Source: Squalus acanthias (lineage: Eukaryota). From it: a stretch of DNA of 64,000 nt. The notes beneath the pieces were generated by a model. That model searched no databases. It was not told where the DNA came from and was given only the letters and a program-made list of their open reading frames with translations. Below, piece by piece: positions 37,362-52,448 of this stretch. The DNA lies in assembly GCA_030390025.1 (NCBI GenBank), contig JASTWF010000351.1, positions 248,001-312,000 on the forward strand, in the 5' to 3' direction. The position numbers and the translations under genes are program-made. The first letter of the stretch is position 1; each line of letters opens with the position of its first letter.

Positions 37362-38103
37362 CCCTGGTGACTCGCTGACATTCGCTGCACCCACCCCTCC
37401 CACAGTGTCTGCAATAAAACACAGAGAGAATGGGATGTCCGTGTCGGGCCTCACTCTAACAGGGGGGGTGTTCGGCTCCAGTCTCAGTTCATTGTCATTT
37501 TCATTTCACAGGTTCAGGGTGAGAGTCTCTGTGAGACGCTGAAACTGGCGGAGAGACCCCGCGTCACAGCTCAAACCCTAACACATGAGATTCTCCAAAT
37601 CAACTGGACTAAGGTGTTTGTAAACTGCTGAACCCGTCTGTGAAGGGAAGTGTGGGGAGATGGAATAAGGTCAGAGATTGACATGGAAGGAGACGGGTTG
37701 AATTGTGATAGAAGGGACAGTATATAGGCGGGAATATTACTGATTGTTAATTGTAACAGGACCTTATTTAAAAGATTCTAGTTGCAGCAAACCCTTGAAT
37801 ATGAAGTCCGAGCCTGTAAGTGTTTGTGCGGAGCGCTGTGTTTCTGTTCTGTTGTCGATAAACGGTTTGAAATTGGCGGTTGGAGAAAGCTGGAGGTGGA
37901 GCTGGAAGATCAGAGGCCGCTCTCTGCTCTGTCTGTCACTCTTGAAACTGTCGCCTCCCCTCCCGCTCTCTCTGTTTAATCTCTGAATCTGTCTCCTCCC
38001 CTCCCCGCTCTCTCACTCTGCGCTTTCTCAGTCAGGTCGGAGTCGGCTGTATAAAAGAGCAGCGAGAAGCAGTTCGTTTCTCATTCAGCAGAAGTTTGAC
38101 TGA

Positions 38104-38424
<321 letters not shown>

Positions 38425-39550
38425 ACAACTCGACCCTTTCCAACAAACACAACACGAAGGCTCTTTTAAGAGCCACCCACCGGCTCACAGGGAGAGCAGC
38501 GACCTGGGATGGGAGCGGGGTAGACTGTGCTCAAAAATTGATTGTGGGCAGAAATATTAATAACAGATTTGCGCTGTGTTCTGGATTTTGGAATCTCCGA
38601 GTTTAGCTTTCGGTTGCGCCAGGTTTATGGAGAGAGTTATTTCCTCAGACAGGCACGTTTCTCCCCTCAGTGAAAAGCCACATCGCATCTACACATTTGT
38701 TCATTGTGTTGTTATTCTGTTATGAATATAATTGTAATAATTAGCTGGCTGTTCGGGCAGTTGAATGGAAAAGAGTCCAAATTGTGATGCTATTTCCCGC
38801 CAATTCCAGTACCGAAAATAAGTGAATTAATCAAAAATCTAATTTCCAGGGAATGATTTAAAAATCTCGGGCCTTTCCTTCTGTTATTCTCGGTTCACCG
38901 TCACACTCTCCTGTCGCTGTTCCACGAACAGGTTTAATTTGTCAGCCTCTTACCTGTAGCAGGCGGCAATAAGTCTCCACTCAACAATCTAAAATGTGCC
39001 GAGTGTCAGATCGCTCACTGCACAGTTACCGAATGCCAGATTATTGGCCGACCCCTTCTCACAGGCTCCACGGGGACAGAGAGAAGCGACTGATTTCTGA
39101 TCCATTCCCCTGAAAGCGGCGGCTAACGTCACAATCGGACGGGCGGAGGGAAAATCTGAATGGGCTGGAGAGGAGAGGGAGAGGAATAGAGTGGAAGAGC
39201 GGGAGATTGGCGCGGGTCCCTTTCCCCGCTCCTGTCAGCATCAACAGCCCAGAGTGCGGGCAATGGAAAGGCCCTAAAGCACCAAGCCGAGGAAGTTACA
39301 GTTAAAACGTTAAATGATTCTGGAAATGATCGTTTCAATATGTGCAGAATAAAATCGATTTGTGTTAAAACGATTATTTCCTGCAGTTAAATTGGCGGAC
39401 TTTTTTAAAATGATGCTCAATCCCTTTTCAGCCAATGGGGGCCAGGAGTTTCGAACGCTACGTTCCATCATCAGTGATTGAATTAAAGCGGAATGGGCGT
39501 CTGGCGCCAGCCAATCAGTGCTTGGGGCGGCCTCTCACACAGTTTAAAAA

Positions 39551-39647
39551 TGAGGAGTCGCACAACACCAGGTTATAGTCCAACAGATTTATTTAATTTT
39601 ACAAGCTTTCGAAGCAGTTCGCTCCTTCGTCAGGTAAGTTAGCAATG
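39551..39647 (-). mobile_element. 97-bp Penelope terminal fragment with a hammerhead motif, inserted in the H3 TATA-like box with a 12-bp TSD
   Basis: ACAGTTTAAAAA at 39539-39550 and 39648-39659. The reverse complement of the insert matches the PLE termini at ~59230-59316 and ~56300-56381. Confidence 0.92.
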
Positions 39648-39656
39648 ACAGTTTAA

Positions 39657-40139
<483 letters not shown>

Positions 40140-40952
40140 ACTCACCCTGCCCGGCTCCAAACTTTAGCACCAAATACAACAACGGCTCTTCTAAGAGCCA
40201 CCAAATCAGCAAAGAAAGAGCTGAGATCGGCGCAAGGCAAAGTGGACTTCACACACCGTACAGGTCTTGTAGTGTTACTGTAACTGGGGATTTATAAAGT
40301 GGGGGCAGTGAATATCTGAAGGTGCGGGTTTGATCTCGGTTGAAATGTGAGTGAGCTGCCCAGTAGACTGACTGCACCCGCCCAGTGTGGGTCGGAAACT
40401 ATAAGTGGGAGCTCTGATAGTAAATTGATCCAACTCCACATACCGGGATAGATTACCGAGAGAGAGAACGAGGTGCCTGAATTCTGAATCTCACTTTTAA
40501 AATCAACTATTAATGCGGGGACAGGTGGGAACTTCAGTTACTATTTGGAATATTTTTAATTAACCTGAGATGTAATTCTGGTTCCATCCTGTCTTCAAAT
40601 TAAGAGAGAAAAAGTTTGTATGGATCAATGTGTTCAGGATGTTTATACTTCTCCCTATGGAATTATTGCCCCAATAAGGAACGGTAAGCCCATCAACCGC
40701 TCATTCCCTTTATACTCGGTTCTTAACATCCGTTCATATTCGATACTCCCAACAACGTGTTCCATGACGGCCGCTCTCACGTTAAGGTAACATAATACCC
40801 GCTGCAGTGTTTGTCGATCTAGATTTCTACATGTTAGATAGACACTGTCCTGTTTATAGCCGAAAATGGCTGAACAGTAACCAGCCCTTCCACAGATACA
40901 GTGGATGGCTCTGAAAAGAGCCTTTGGGTTATTAGGTTGAATCTTGTCCGCT

Positions 40953-41351
<399 letters not shown>

Positions 41352-42368
41352 TCACTGATTTAAAGAAATAATGAGATTTTCCTCCCACATCTGCCCTTCT
41401 TATACCTTCTGGAGGAATGCAGATAGCGAACTTGTGATTGGAGGCTCTGTGGTGAATTTCATTGGTCTTTTCTGGTGACCAATCACAGTCTGCTTTTCCC
41501 GCCAATGAAAAGTGGGGGGAAATAACTAACACAAGGACTTTTTAAATTGCAAAAGCCCGCCAATATTTTCCTGAACGAGCAAATTAAATTAATAAATTCA
41601 CCATTCGCCAAAGATTTCCGCAATTTTATAAAATTCATTTTGTCTTATTCCATCACTCCCTTGCAAAATCCAGGCTGTTACAATCAGGATTAATTTCGGG
41701 TTCAATACCGAACTTTCACGGGCGGGATTAAATCCCCATTGATTCTGTAACGGGACACATTCCAACTCAATCTTTGTAAAAGTGAGGTTTCACAGATTAT
41801 CGATCGATCCTTTGCACAGGCGCTGCTGCCGGAGTGAAACCTTAACTGGGAGTCCTTCTGTGAGAAGAGAAGAGGGACAGAGTGTTCAAACTGTCCCCGT
41901 TCTGGTCTCTGTAAGAACTCCCATTCTGGGTTGTTACACTTCAACATATTCTCCGTTGAGTAAACGGAATGACTCCCAACTGGCTTTAAAAAAAAAGGTC
42001 TTGACAGAGAACGAGGTGACTGCAATCCGAATCTCATCCCTAAAACAAGCTTTAAATTCGTCGGCCAGCGCTGTAACTGAACGGGTCTGAGAGCAAAGGG
42101 AAAGAGCGACCAGGGACCGTGTTTGTAGTTTACTGGGCGGGAAATACAACAGGTCGATCCGGTCAGTGAAACTGCTTATCTGAGAATTCAAAACTAAATC
42201 TACAACTGGAATTTCAAACGTCCTCAAACACACTTGTTAAGGATTTAATTACAGTGTAAATTGAGTCTAAAGGGAGATGTGTTTGTGTAGCTCTTTCAGA
42301 GAGGCTGTGGGTGGCTCTTAAAAGAGCCGTTGTGTTTTGGGCTTGTTCTTTCAGAACAGCGTGGAGTT

Positions 42369-42743
42369 TTACTTGGAGCTGGTGTACTTGGTCACCGCCT
42401 TTGTCCCTTCCGACACTGCGTGCTTGGCCAGCTCCCCGGGCAGCAGCAGGCGCACGGCGGTCTGGATCTCCCGGGAGCTGATGGTGTGCCGCTTGTTGTA
42501 ATGGGCCAGGCGGGAAGCCTCACCCGCGATGCGCTCGAAAATATCGTTCACAAACGAGTTCATGATGCTCATGGCCTTGGAGGAGATGCCGGTGTCGGGG
42601 TGAACCTGCTTCATCACTTTGTAGATGTAGATGGAGTAACTCTCCTTCCTCGACTTTCTGCGCTTCTTGCTGCCCTTCGCTGCCGGTTTAGTGACGGTTT
42701 TCTTGGCGCCTTTCTTGGCAGCTGTTTTCTTTTCGTCAACCAT
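42369..42743 (-). CDS. H2B: Histone H2B, 124 aa
   Basis: ATG 42743; stem-loop GGCTCTTTTAAGAGCC at 42313-42328. Confidence 0.98.
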   Translation of the reverse strand: MVDEKKTAAKKGAKKTVTKPAAKGSKKRRKSRKESYSIYIYKVMKQVHPDTGISSKAMSIMNSFVNDIFERIAGEASRLAHYNKRHTISSREIQTAVRLLLPGELAKHAVSEGTKAVTKYTSSK

Positions 42744-43287
42744 TCTCAAACTCGATTTCAAACACAAAATGACGCAAACCCGCTCTGCGCTCGGAATAAA
42801 TAGGCTGCCCCAACAGCCCTATGCTAATGAGGGATGGGTGAAAGCAATGACTGGGATTGGCTGGTTAGGAGTGATGTCAATTTCCATTCTTCTGCTTCTC
42901 TCTGATTGGCTTCTTTATGTATCCATTCAGGTTGAATGTTTGCCACCAGCACGCCCCCTGCAGTCAGAAAGGTCATTGCAAGAGCAGAGGGAGAATCACC
43001 CGCCCATTCACCATTTCCCAGACCATTATGCAGGGCCCTAAACACTCCTTCCGGAAGGGACAGCAATTTAGATAGACTTCCTCCAACCTGTGCACTATAT
43101 TCACGCATTGCGGTGTGGTCTCCGCCACTTTAGTTCTGCATCTGCCAGTCTCTAGTACTATGTGTGTGTGGGAATAGTTCTGTATCACTCAGTCTCTGGT
43201 GATTTATGTAAGTGTGGGAATCATTCTCAATCTCAGTCTCTGTTACAGTTTGTGAATGTGGAATCCATTAATTTCCTGTCCGTCACT

Positions 43288-43497
43288 GTTTTTTTTATTC
43301 GTTCATGGGATCTGGGCATCGCTTGCACGGCCAGCATTTATTGCCCATCCCTAATTGCCCTTTGAGAAGTTGTGGTTGAGACGCCTTCTTGAACCGATGC
43401 AGTCCATGTGGAGAAGGTACTCCCACAGTGCTGTTAGGGAGGGAGTTCCAGGATTTTGACCCAGCAGCGATGAAGGAGCGGCGATATAATTCCAAGT
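43288..43497 (-). mobile_element. LINE 3' fragment (CR1/L2 group, distinct family)
   Basis: SFIAAGSKSWNSLP...FKK reading with an A-rich tail; absent from the paralogue at ~23990. Confidence 0.75.
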
Positions 43498-45475
43498 GTC
43501 AGGGTGGGATTCTATCTTGTACCGTGTGTCAGTGTTGGTATTGATTCTGAATCTTTCATTCTCTGGTAGTGGGCGTGTGTGTGACATCAATTATGTAGCT
43601 GCCTGTCACTGGGGCGTGCGAGTCAAATATGTATTCTACATCTGCCTGTCACTAGGACGGTGTGCAAGTCTGAGGTTCATTCTGTATCTGTCAGTCTCTG
43701 GTACTGATTGTGAGTGTGGGAGTCATTCTGTATCTGTCCGTCTCTGGTACTGTATGTTAGTGTCGGATTAGTTCTGAATCAGTCTGTCACTCGTACTGTC
43801 TTTCAGCGAAGGATTCTGCATGAATCTGCTACTCACTCGGTTTATGAAAGTGGGAATCGTACTGCATCTATCAGTCTCTGGTACTTGATGTTAGTTTGAG
43901 ATTCATTCAATTTCTGCTAGTACCTGGTCCTGTATGTGAGTGTGGGACTGAATCTATCTGTAAATTAATTGTACTGCATGTGATTGTGTACTCATTCTGT
44001 ATCTGCCAGGCCCTCTGATGCTCTGTGTTACTGTAAGATTCATTCTCTGTCAGTCTCTGTTCTGTATGTGCGTGTTAGAGTAATTATATATCTGTCAATC
44101 TCTGGTACTGTATGTGTGAGAGAGATTCATTCTGCACCAATCAGTCTTTATTGTGGGGTTAACTTTGTCTCTATCATTTGCTGGTACTGTGTACGAGTGT
44201 GTATTAATTCTGGGTCTGTCACCGTCTGATACTCTCTGTCAGTGTGAGATTCATTCTCTTTCTCTGCCAATATGTGATAATGTATGTGAGATTGAGATTT
44301 ATTTGTCAGTTCCTGGTATGGCATGTGAGTTTGGGATTTATTCTGTACCTGTCAGTCACTGATACTGTATGTGAGAGTTAGATTAATTCTGTCTCTGTCA
44401 CTATCTGGTACTGTATGAGAGTGTGAGATTCATTCTGTGTATCTGTCATCTCTGATACTGTATGAGAGTGTCAGTTTAATTCTTTCTATCACTATCTGGT
44501 ACTGTATGAGCGTGTGAGATTCATTCTGTGTATCTGTCATCTCTGATACCGTTTGTGAGCGTGAGATTATTTCTGTACCTGTCAGTCTATGATAATCTAT
44601 GTCTCTGTAGATTGATTCTGTATTAGTCCGTGTCAAATCCTCTATGTGACAGTGAGGTACATTTTGTGTCTGTCAGTCTCTGGTATTATGTTTGAGGGTG
44701 AGATTAATTCTGTATCAGTCAGTTTTTAATAATCTGTATCAGATTGGGATTCATTTTGTCTCTATCATTTTCTGGTACTGTATGTGAGCGTGGGATCCAT
44801 TCTGTATCTGTCTGTCTCTGATTCTTTGAGTTAGTGTGAGATTCATTGTCTCTTTGTCAGTCTACGATTCTGTATGTGAGAGTTAGATTAGTTCAGTATC
44901 TGTCAGTCTCTGGTGTTGTATAAAAGTGTGGGATTAATTTTGTATATGTCATTCTCTGATAGAATGAGTGAGAGTTCAATTAATTCTGTATCTGTCAGTC
45001 TCTGGTACTGTGTGTGAGTGTGGGAGTCATTCTGTATCTGTCATTCTCTGATACTGTGTGTATGAGTGAGATTTATGCTATATATGTCAGTCTCTTATGG
45101 TCTATCTTGGAATTAGATTAATTCTGTGTCTGTCAGTCTCTAGTACTTTGTGTGAGTGTGAGAATCATTCGGTCTATCTGTTTCTGATACTCTTGTCATT
45201 GTGTGATTGATTCTGTATACAGGAAACTTTCGTTTATCCGGCATCGACGGGACCGGCGTGGTGCCGGTTTATCGAAAGTACCGGATAACGGCCGAGTTAT
45301 ATCTACCGAGGCTATTTTTAACATAAAAAAATCAAGAAATGTGCAGTATACAGTATTTGGGTACTCACCTACAGAATGTTGTGTTAAATGGATAGTGGAA
45401 GATGCTTGATTAAGTACAGTACTGCCAGTTGAGGGTAATCCATAACTCTTTAATTACTTAACAGTAAAACAAAAC

Positions 45476-47288
45476 TTATAAACGACTGTCTACAGTACTG
45501 TAGTTGACTGTACACTTATTCCGAGTCATCTGGTTCATCAGAAATATCCGTATCCGTGCCAGCTGGGTCATCAGGTCACGCAGTTCCACCGATGCCACAG
45601 ATTCTTCAGGCACTTCCGCCGCTGCGACTCTTTTGGAAGCTTTCTTAAACATGTTGCGGATGTCGGTTTGCTTAGTGGACTCTTGCCTTTTCTGTAGAAA
45701 GGTGGAATGCAGAATATGGAGTTGCATAACTTCTTGTGCAGAGTAGCAATTCTGCTTTTCAGCAAATTTGAGGATTGTAGAAAATCCTTCTGCAGCTTTA
45801 GCCCAAGAAATCTTCTCTTCTTCAGAAATCTCATCCTCTTCACTTTCCATCTCGCTTTCCTTTTCTTTCTTTGGATTCAAAACATTCTGAATTATTTCAT
45901 CATCACTTAGCATATGCACAACACCAACTTCTCTATCTGCATCAACCCACTGCTCGATATCACTTTCACTGAGGTGACGTAGAGGGTTTGCTGGGCCTGC
46001 ATTTTTCACCATTCCAGCCATTTCCATTATTGTACTCTTCTTGGGACGAACACTGAACCCATGAAATTCCTCCTCTGAAGAAGAACCTTCAGCAAACATT
46101 CCAGAAGGCCACAATTTGCGCCAGGCTTGCCTCAGAGTGTGACCTTTCACCAATTTCCAGGAACATGCAACATTATAGATGGCATCTTTAATATTGTATT
46201 CCTTCTGCAAATCTTGAATATTCTCATCTTGCCTTAGCAGTTTACGTAGGAAGTCTTTCTTGTAATGACACTTCAGATTTTGGATAACGCCCTGGTCCAT
46301 GGGTTGGATGAGAGAAGTTACATTTGGTGGCAAATAAATGGTGAAAATATTTCCCGAAACCAACTGGGATTCATACGGATGGGCTCTGCAATTATCAAGC
46401 AATAAAATGCTTTTGCTATCTTCAGGTTTCCCTATTCTGCGGAAATGTTCCTTCACAGATGGAACAAAAATATGATGGAACCAATCGTAGAAGATTTCCT
46501 TATCCATCCAAGCATTTTTTTTGAGCTTTGTACTCAACAGGTAAGTGCCTCACATTTTTAAATGCACGCGGATTTTTATACTTCCCGATAACAAGAAGTT
46601 TAACCCGGTGTGATCCAGCGGCGTTCACACATGTTAGCACGGTTACACGATCTTTATTTTTCTTGTAACCTAAAGCATTAGCCTCACTAGCCCCAGCAAG
46701 CGTTGATTCTGGCAAAAACCTCCAAAACAAGCCAGTTTCATCGGCATTGTAGATCTGTGCTGGCGACAAATCATGTTGCTGCACAATCCGATTGAAATAA
46801 TCGCAGTATTCTTCTGCGGCTTCGTGATCAGCTGATTTCTTCTCCCCGGAAATATCGAGTCGTCGTATCCCGTGCCGTAACTTGAAGCACATTAGCCATC
46901 CATCGTAGAAAGCACACTTGTCAGTGAGCTCCATCCTTTCTCAGAAATCCTTTGCTTTCTCGATTAGCATGGGTCCGGAAATTGGAACACCCTCTGAACG
47001 CTTAAGAGAAAACCATTCATAAAGCACGGTATCCAGCTCTTCAAGCTTAGGCTTACGAAGCATATGCCGTTTCTCCACACTCTTGCATGTCTCCGAGCTT
47101 GAATAAAATTTGAGCAGCTTATCCTTCTGCGATTTGATGTCGTAGATTGTTGACGAACCGATTTTGAATTCATTCATAATGTTGATACGCTTCTCTCCCC
47201 TTTCTAGTCGTTGGCATATCTCGATTTTCTGTTTTAAAGTTAAGACCACTCTCTTCCTTTTGCTTGGACCAGCTTTTGGGAATTCCAT
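45476..47288 (-). pseudogene. Tigger/pogo transposase (HTH_psq, CENP-B HTH, DD32D), disrupted
   Basis: [30 protein letters not shown] / LLLDNCRAH / QPMDQG. In-frame TGA at 46941-46943 and an extra base in an A8 run at 46515-46522. Confidence 0.93.
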
Positions 47289-47352
47289 AATGCAAGATGG
47301 AGGAGATAATTGCCGATGAAGATGGAAAGACACACAGAACAATGGTGGCAAG

Positions 47353-47565
47353 GAAGAGACTACCAGCAGCGTGGCAGACACACAGCAAAATGGTGTATCA
47401 GAAGAGACTACAGTACCAGCAGCGTGGCAGACACACAGCAAAATGGTGTATCAGAAGAGACTACAGTACCAGCAGCGTGGCAGACACACAGCAAAATGGT
47501 GTATCAGAAGAGACTACCAGCATCGTGGGAGACACCCAGCAAAATGGCCGATCAGAAGAGACTCC
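47353..47565. repeat. 48-53 bp tandem repeat (~4 units) in the Tigger 5' region
   Basis: GAAGAGAC recurs at 47353, 47401, 47454, 47507 and 47555. Confidence 0.9.
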
Positions 47566-50159
47566 AGGCAGCGCGGGAGAATCTACTCATGCTACTGCAA
47601 TGTTTCGGACTTGCGACAGCGCCAGGAGGCCGAGTAGTGGCACTTTTGAAATGTACCCCTACTGACTAAATCGGCGTTCGCGGACTCGGATTCGGACTCA
47701 GGATCGGCAACATTGCCAGTTATTTGAGAGGCGTTTTCGGAGCACTCGGCGTTCGCGGAGACTCGACTGCGACTCGGCAACATTGCCGGTTATTTGAGAG
47801 GAGTTTTCGGAGGATGATTTTTGCCGGTTAAGCGAGAATTCCGGATATTTGGGTGCCGGATAAACGAAAGTTTCCTGTATGTCAGTGTTTGGTACTGTAT
47901 GTGATACTGAGGTACATTTACTGCAGTCTCTGGACTTTGTGTGAGAGTGAGATTCATTCTGTACCAGCTAGTCTTTGATATTCGGTATCAGTGTGGGATA
48001 ATTGTGTCTCTATCATTTAGTGGTACTGCATGTGAGTGTGGGATTTATTCTGTGTCTGTCATCCTCCAATACTCTGTGTCAGTGTGTGATTCAACCTGTG
48101 CCTGTCAGTCTCTGATGAGAGAGTGTGGGTTTTACACTGTAACTGTCAGTTTCTGATATGTGAATTTTAGGTTTTACTCCACCAGTCAGTCTCTGATATG
48201 TGAGTGTGTGTTTTATTCTGCATCTTTCAATTTCTGTTCTGTGAGAATGGGTTTTATGCTGTTTCTGTCAGTCTTTGGTTTGTGAATGTGGGTTTTAGTC
48301 CGTTTCTGTCTATGGTAATTGAATGCATTTTTTATTCTCTATTTATCAGTGTCTGAAATGTGAGTGTGGGTTTGATGCTATAATTGGCTGTTTCTGATAT
48401 GTGATTGTGAGTTTTACTCTGCATCAATTAGTCTCTGGTTTGTGAATGTGGGTTCTATTCTGTACCCATCGATCTCTGGTATGCTAGTACTGGTTTTATT
48501 CAGTACCAGTCAGTTTCTGATACAAGAACGTGGGTTTTCCTTTCTAACTGTGAATTTCTGCTATGGAAGAAAAGGTTCACTCCGAATCTGTAAGTTTCTG
48601 GCCGTGAGTGTGGGTTTTTGTCTTTATCTTCAGTCTCTGCTATGTGAGTGTCTTTTTCACTATCTGCTTTTTCTGCTATGCAAAGGTGTGTTTTATTCTG
48701 TACCTGTCAGCTTCTGGGATGTGAGTGTGGGTTTCTTCTGTATCAGTCAGTCACAGGTGTGTGAGTGTGAGATTATTCTGTCTCTGTCAGTTTCTGGTAT
48801 CTGAGTGTGCGTTTTTGTTTGCACCTGTCAGTGTTTGTTTCTGAGGACGGGCTTTATTCCGTACATTTTGCTTTCTTGTATGTGCGAGTGGGTTGTATAA
48901 TGTACTTTTTCGTTTCTGTTGTATATGTGAGGATTTGAATCAATACCTGCTAGTTTCTGGGATGTGAGTGTGTGTTTTACTCTGTAAATGTTATACTCTG
49001 GAATGTGTGTTAGGGTTTTACTGTGTAAATGTCACAATCTGGGATGTGTGTGTGGGTTTTACTCTGTATCTGTCGTACTCTGGGATGTGTTTACGCATTT
49101 TACTCTCTATCTGATAATCTTTGGTGTGCGAGGGTAAACTTTACTCTACATCTGTCTGTTTCTGGTTTCCGAGTGCCAGGTTTTAATCTTTACCTGTCAG
49201 TTTCTGGCATGGAAGAGTAGGTGCTCAATCTGTACCTGACAGTCTCTGGTGTGTGAGAGTTGCTTTATTCTGTATCTGTGATGCTCGAGGGGCCGTTTGG
49301 CTTATTTCGGCTTCTAGATTCTTATATCTCTAGGATGTGAGTGTGGGTTTTCCTCTGTCCCTATTCAGAGAGATTTGAGTGTCATTTTACACGAATCGCA
49401 GCAAGTTAACATGCAGGTACAATAATCAATTAGGAAGGTAAATGAATGTTAGCCTTTATTGCAAAAGAGTTGCAGTAAAATTATATGTATATGTTGCTGC
49501 AATTATATAGGCCTTTTGTTATACCATAACTGGAGTACTTTGCACATTTTGGTCTCCTTGTCCAAGGCAGGATATATATGCTTCAGAGGGGGTTCATCAA
49601 ATGTTAATGATTCCTGGGATGAGATGGCTGTCCTATGAGGAGAGATTGACTGTAATGGGCATATATTCTCTGGAGTTTAGAAGAGTGAGAGGTGATCTAA
49701 TTGAAACATTTCAAATTCTTAGAGGGCTTGACAGGTGTAGAAGCTCCAAGGCTGTTTCCCTTGGCAGGAGACTCTAGAACTAGGGGTCATAGTCACACGA
49801 TAAGGCATTGTACAATTAGGACTGAGTTGATGAGAAATGTATCCACTCAGAGGGTTGTGAATCTTTGGAATTCTCTACTGCATGGGGTTGTGGATGTTCA
49901 GTCGATGAGTGTATTCAAGACTGAGATCACAGATGTTTGGGCACTAAGGGAATCAAGGGATATAGGGAGAGGGTGGGAAATTGGAGTTGTGGTAGAAGTT
50001 CAGCCATGATCTAAATGAATGGCAGAGCAAGCTTGAGGGGCTTTATAATCAATTCCTGCTACTATTTCTTATTTTCTTATAGCTGACAGTCTCTAAGATG
50101 TGAATGTGGAATTTATTCTGTGTCTGTCATCTCTGGAATGTGAGTGTAGTTTTATTTCA

Positions 50160-51810
50160 TCAGAAAGAAATCAGTATTTGTAGGGAAATGGTGTTAGGGA
50201 GATTGACAGGATTGAAGGCTGATAAATCACCAGGGCCTGATAATCTACATCCTAGGGTACTGAAGGAAGTGGCCCTAGAAATAGTAGATGCATTGCTGAT
50301 CATCTTCCAACATTCGATGGAATCTGGAACTGTACCCATGGATTGGAGGGTAGCTAATGTTACCCCACTATTCAAAAAGGGTGGAAGAGAGAAAGCGGGG
50401 AATTACAGACCGGTAAGCCTGACATCGGTAGTGGGGAAAATGCTAGAGTCCATTATAAAGGATGTAATAGCTGAGCACTTGAGAAACATTGACAGGATCG
50501 GACAAAGTCAACATGGATTTACAAAAGGTAAATCGTGCTTGACTAATCTACTGGAATTTTTTGAGGATGTAACTGGGAAAATAGATAAGGGAGAACCAGT
50601 AGATGTGGTGTATTTGGACTTTCAAAAGGCTTTCGATAAGGTCCCGCATAAGAGATTAGCGTGTAAAGTTAAGGCACAAGGGATTGGGGGCAAGGTATTG
50701 ACTTGGATAGAGAACTGGTTGGCGGACAGAAAGCAGAGAGTAGGAATTAATGGGTCTTTTTCCGAGTGGCAGGCAGTGACTAGTGGGGTACCACAGGGAT
50801 CAGTCCTTGGACCCCAGCTATTCACAATATACATTAATGATCTAGATAAGGGAAATAAATGTAATATCTCCAAGTTTGCAGATGACACAAAGCTGGATGG
50901 GCGTGTGTGCTGCGAGGAGGATACCAAGAAACTCCAGGATGATTTGGACAGGTTGAGTGAGTGGGCAGAAGCGTGGCAGATGCAATATAACGTGGATAAA
51001 TGCGAGGTTATCCACATTGGTGTCAAAAACAGAAAGGCAGACTATTATCTGAATGGCAATAGATTGGGAGAAGGGGAAGTGCAACGAGACCTGGGTGTCC
51101 TTGTGCACCAGTCGCTGAAGGTAAGCATGCAGGTGCAGCATGTGGTGAAGAAGGCAAATGGTATGTTGGCCTTCATAGCGAAAGGGTTTGAGTATAGGAA
51201 CAGGGATGTCCTGCTGCAGTTGTACAGGGCCTTGGTGAGACCACACCTTGAGTACTGTGGGCAGTTTTGGTCGCCTTATCTGAGGAAGGATGTTCTTGCC
51301 ATGGAAGGAGTTCAGCGAAGATTCACAAGGTTGATACCTGGGATGGCAGGAATAACATATGAGGAGAGATTGGGTCGATTGTGCTTATACTCGCTGGAGT
51401 ATAGAAGAATGAGAGGGGATCTCATCGAAACATATAAAATTCTGACAGGTCTGGACAAACTAGATGCAGGAAGAATGTTCCCGATGGTCGGAGAGTCCAG
51501 AACCAGGGGTCATAGTCTAAGGATAAGGGGTAAGCCATTTAGGACAGAAATGAGGAAGAATTTCTTCACCCAGAGAGTGGTGAACCTGTGGAATTCTCTA
51601 TCACAGAAGGTAGTTGAGGCCAAGTCATTAAATATATTCAAGAATGAGTTAGATATATTTCTTAAAGATAAAGATATCTAGAGATATGGGGAGAAGGCAG
51701 GTACAGGATACTGAGTTTGGATGATCAGCCATGATCTCATCGAATGGCGGAGCAGGCTCGAGGGGCGGAATGGCCCTTCTCCTGCTCCTATCTTCCATGT
51801 TTCTATGTTT
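50160..51810 (+). mobile_element. 5'-truncated CR1 LINE with RT, late premature TAG at 51679-51681 and (TTTCTATG)-type tail
   Basis: ORF 50104-51681 from KEISICRE onward is CR1 RT; GEKAGTGY* continues after the stop. Confidence 0.95.
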
Positions 51811-52448
51811 TTTTTTACCTGTCTGTCTCTGCTTTGTGAGTGTGGGATTAATTCTGTAGCTGTCAGTTTCTGCTACTGTTTGTGAGTGTGGGATTGATTA
51901 TTTACCTGTTAGACTGGTAATGTGTGTGAGTGTGAGAATTTTTATGTAATTGACAGTCTCTTGTATTGTACTATTCTTGCTCTGTGTGACTGTTGGATTC
52001 CATTCCTTCTCCACCTTGTGTAGGCCAATGCTAGTTTGAGATTATCTGTGACTGACTCAGGATGAGGTTTGGTTCAGTCCGTTACTTCCGACTCTCTGAT
52101 CTTATATGTTAGTTGTTGGGTTTGATAGTCCGTGTACAGCCAGCAGCGGGCATTGACACCGTATCAGTGTCTATCTGTTCGTGTGTGTGAGTAAGGGAGT
52201 GAAAATATATCTGCCTGTCAGTGCGATATGTTTGGACTTTGAAACAACATCTTATTCTACCGCGACAAGTGACTGTGAGAATCATAATGTAACTCTGCGA
52301 ATTCGGATCACTGTGAGACTGACTGCTTCTGCTGCCTGTGATAATAGGATTGAGGCCAGTTCTGTGTCTCTGCGCTCTGTGAGTGATAATGTACTTACTG
52401 TGTGTGAGAGGAGCTGCCTGCACTGTTCCTTATGTTCCGGGTGGAGGA

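Larger units (their letters stand above)
45220..47877 (-). mobile_element. Full-length pogo/Tigger DNA transposon, 2658 bp
   Basis: Perfect 24-bp TIRs CAGGAAACTTTCGTTTATCCGGCA at 45220-45243 and 47854-47877; TA on both sides; empty site at ~25305. Confidence 0.97.
43130..49350 (+). repeat. Degenerate 46/41-bp satellite, interrupted by a LINE fragment and the Tigger element
   Basis: Collinear with ~23850-26900. Confidence 0.8.

Noticed and set aside
45476..47288. Host gene JRK/JRKL/TIGD
   Set aside because: Perfect TIRs, TA TSD, an empty paralogous site and disabling mutations show it is a transposon copy.
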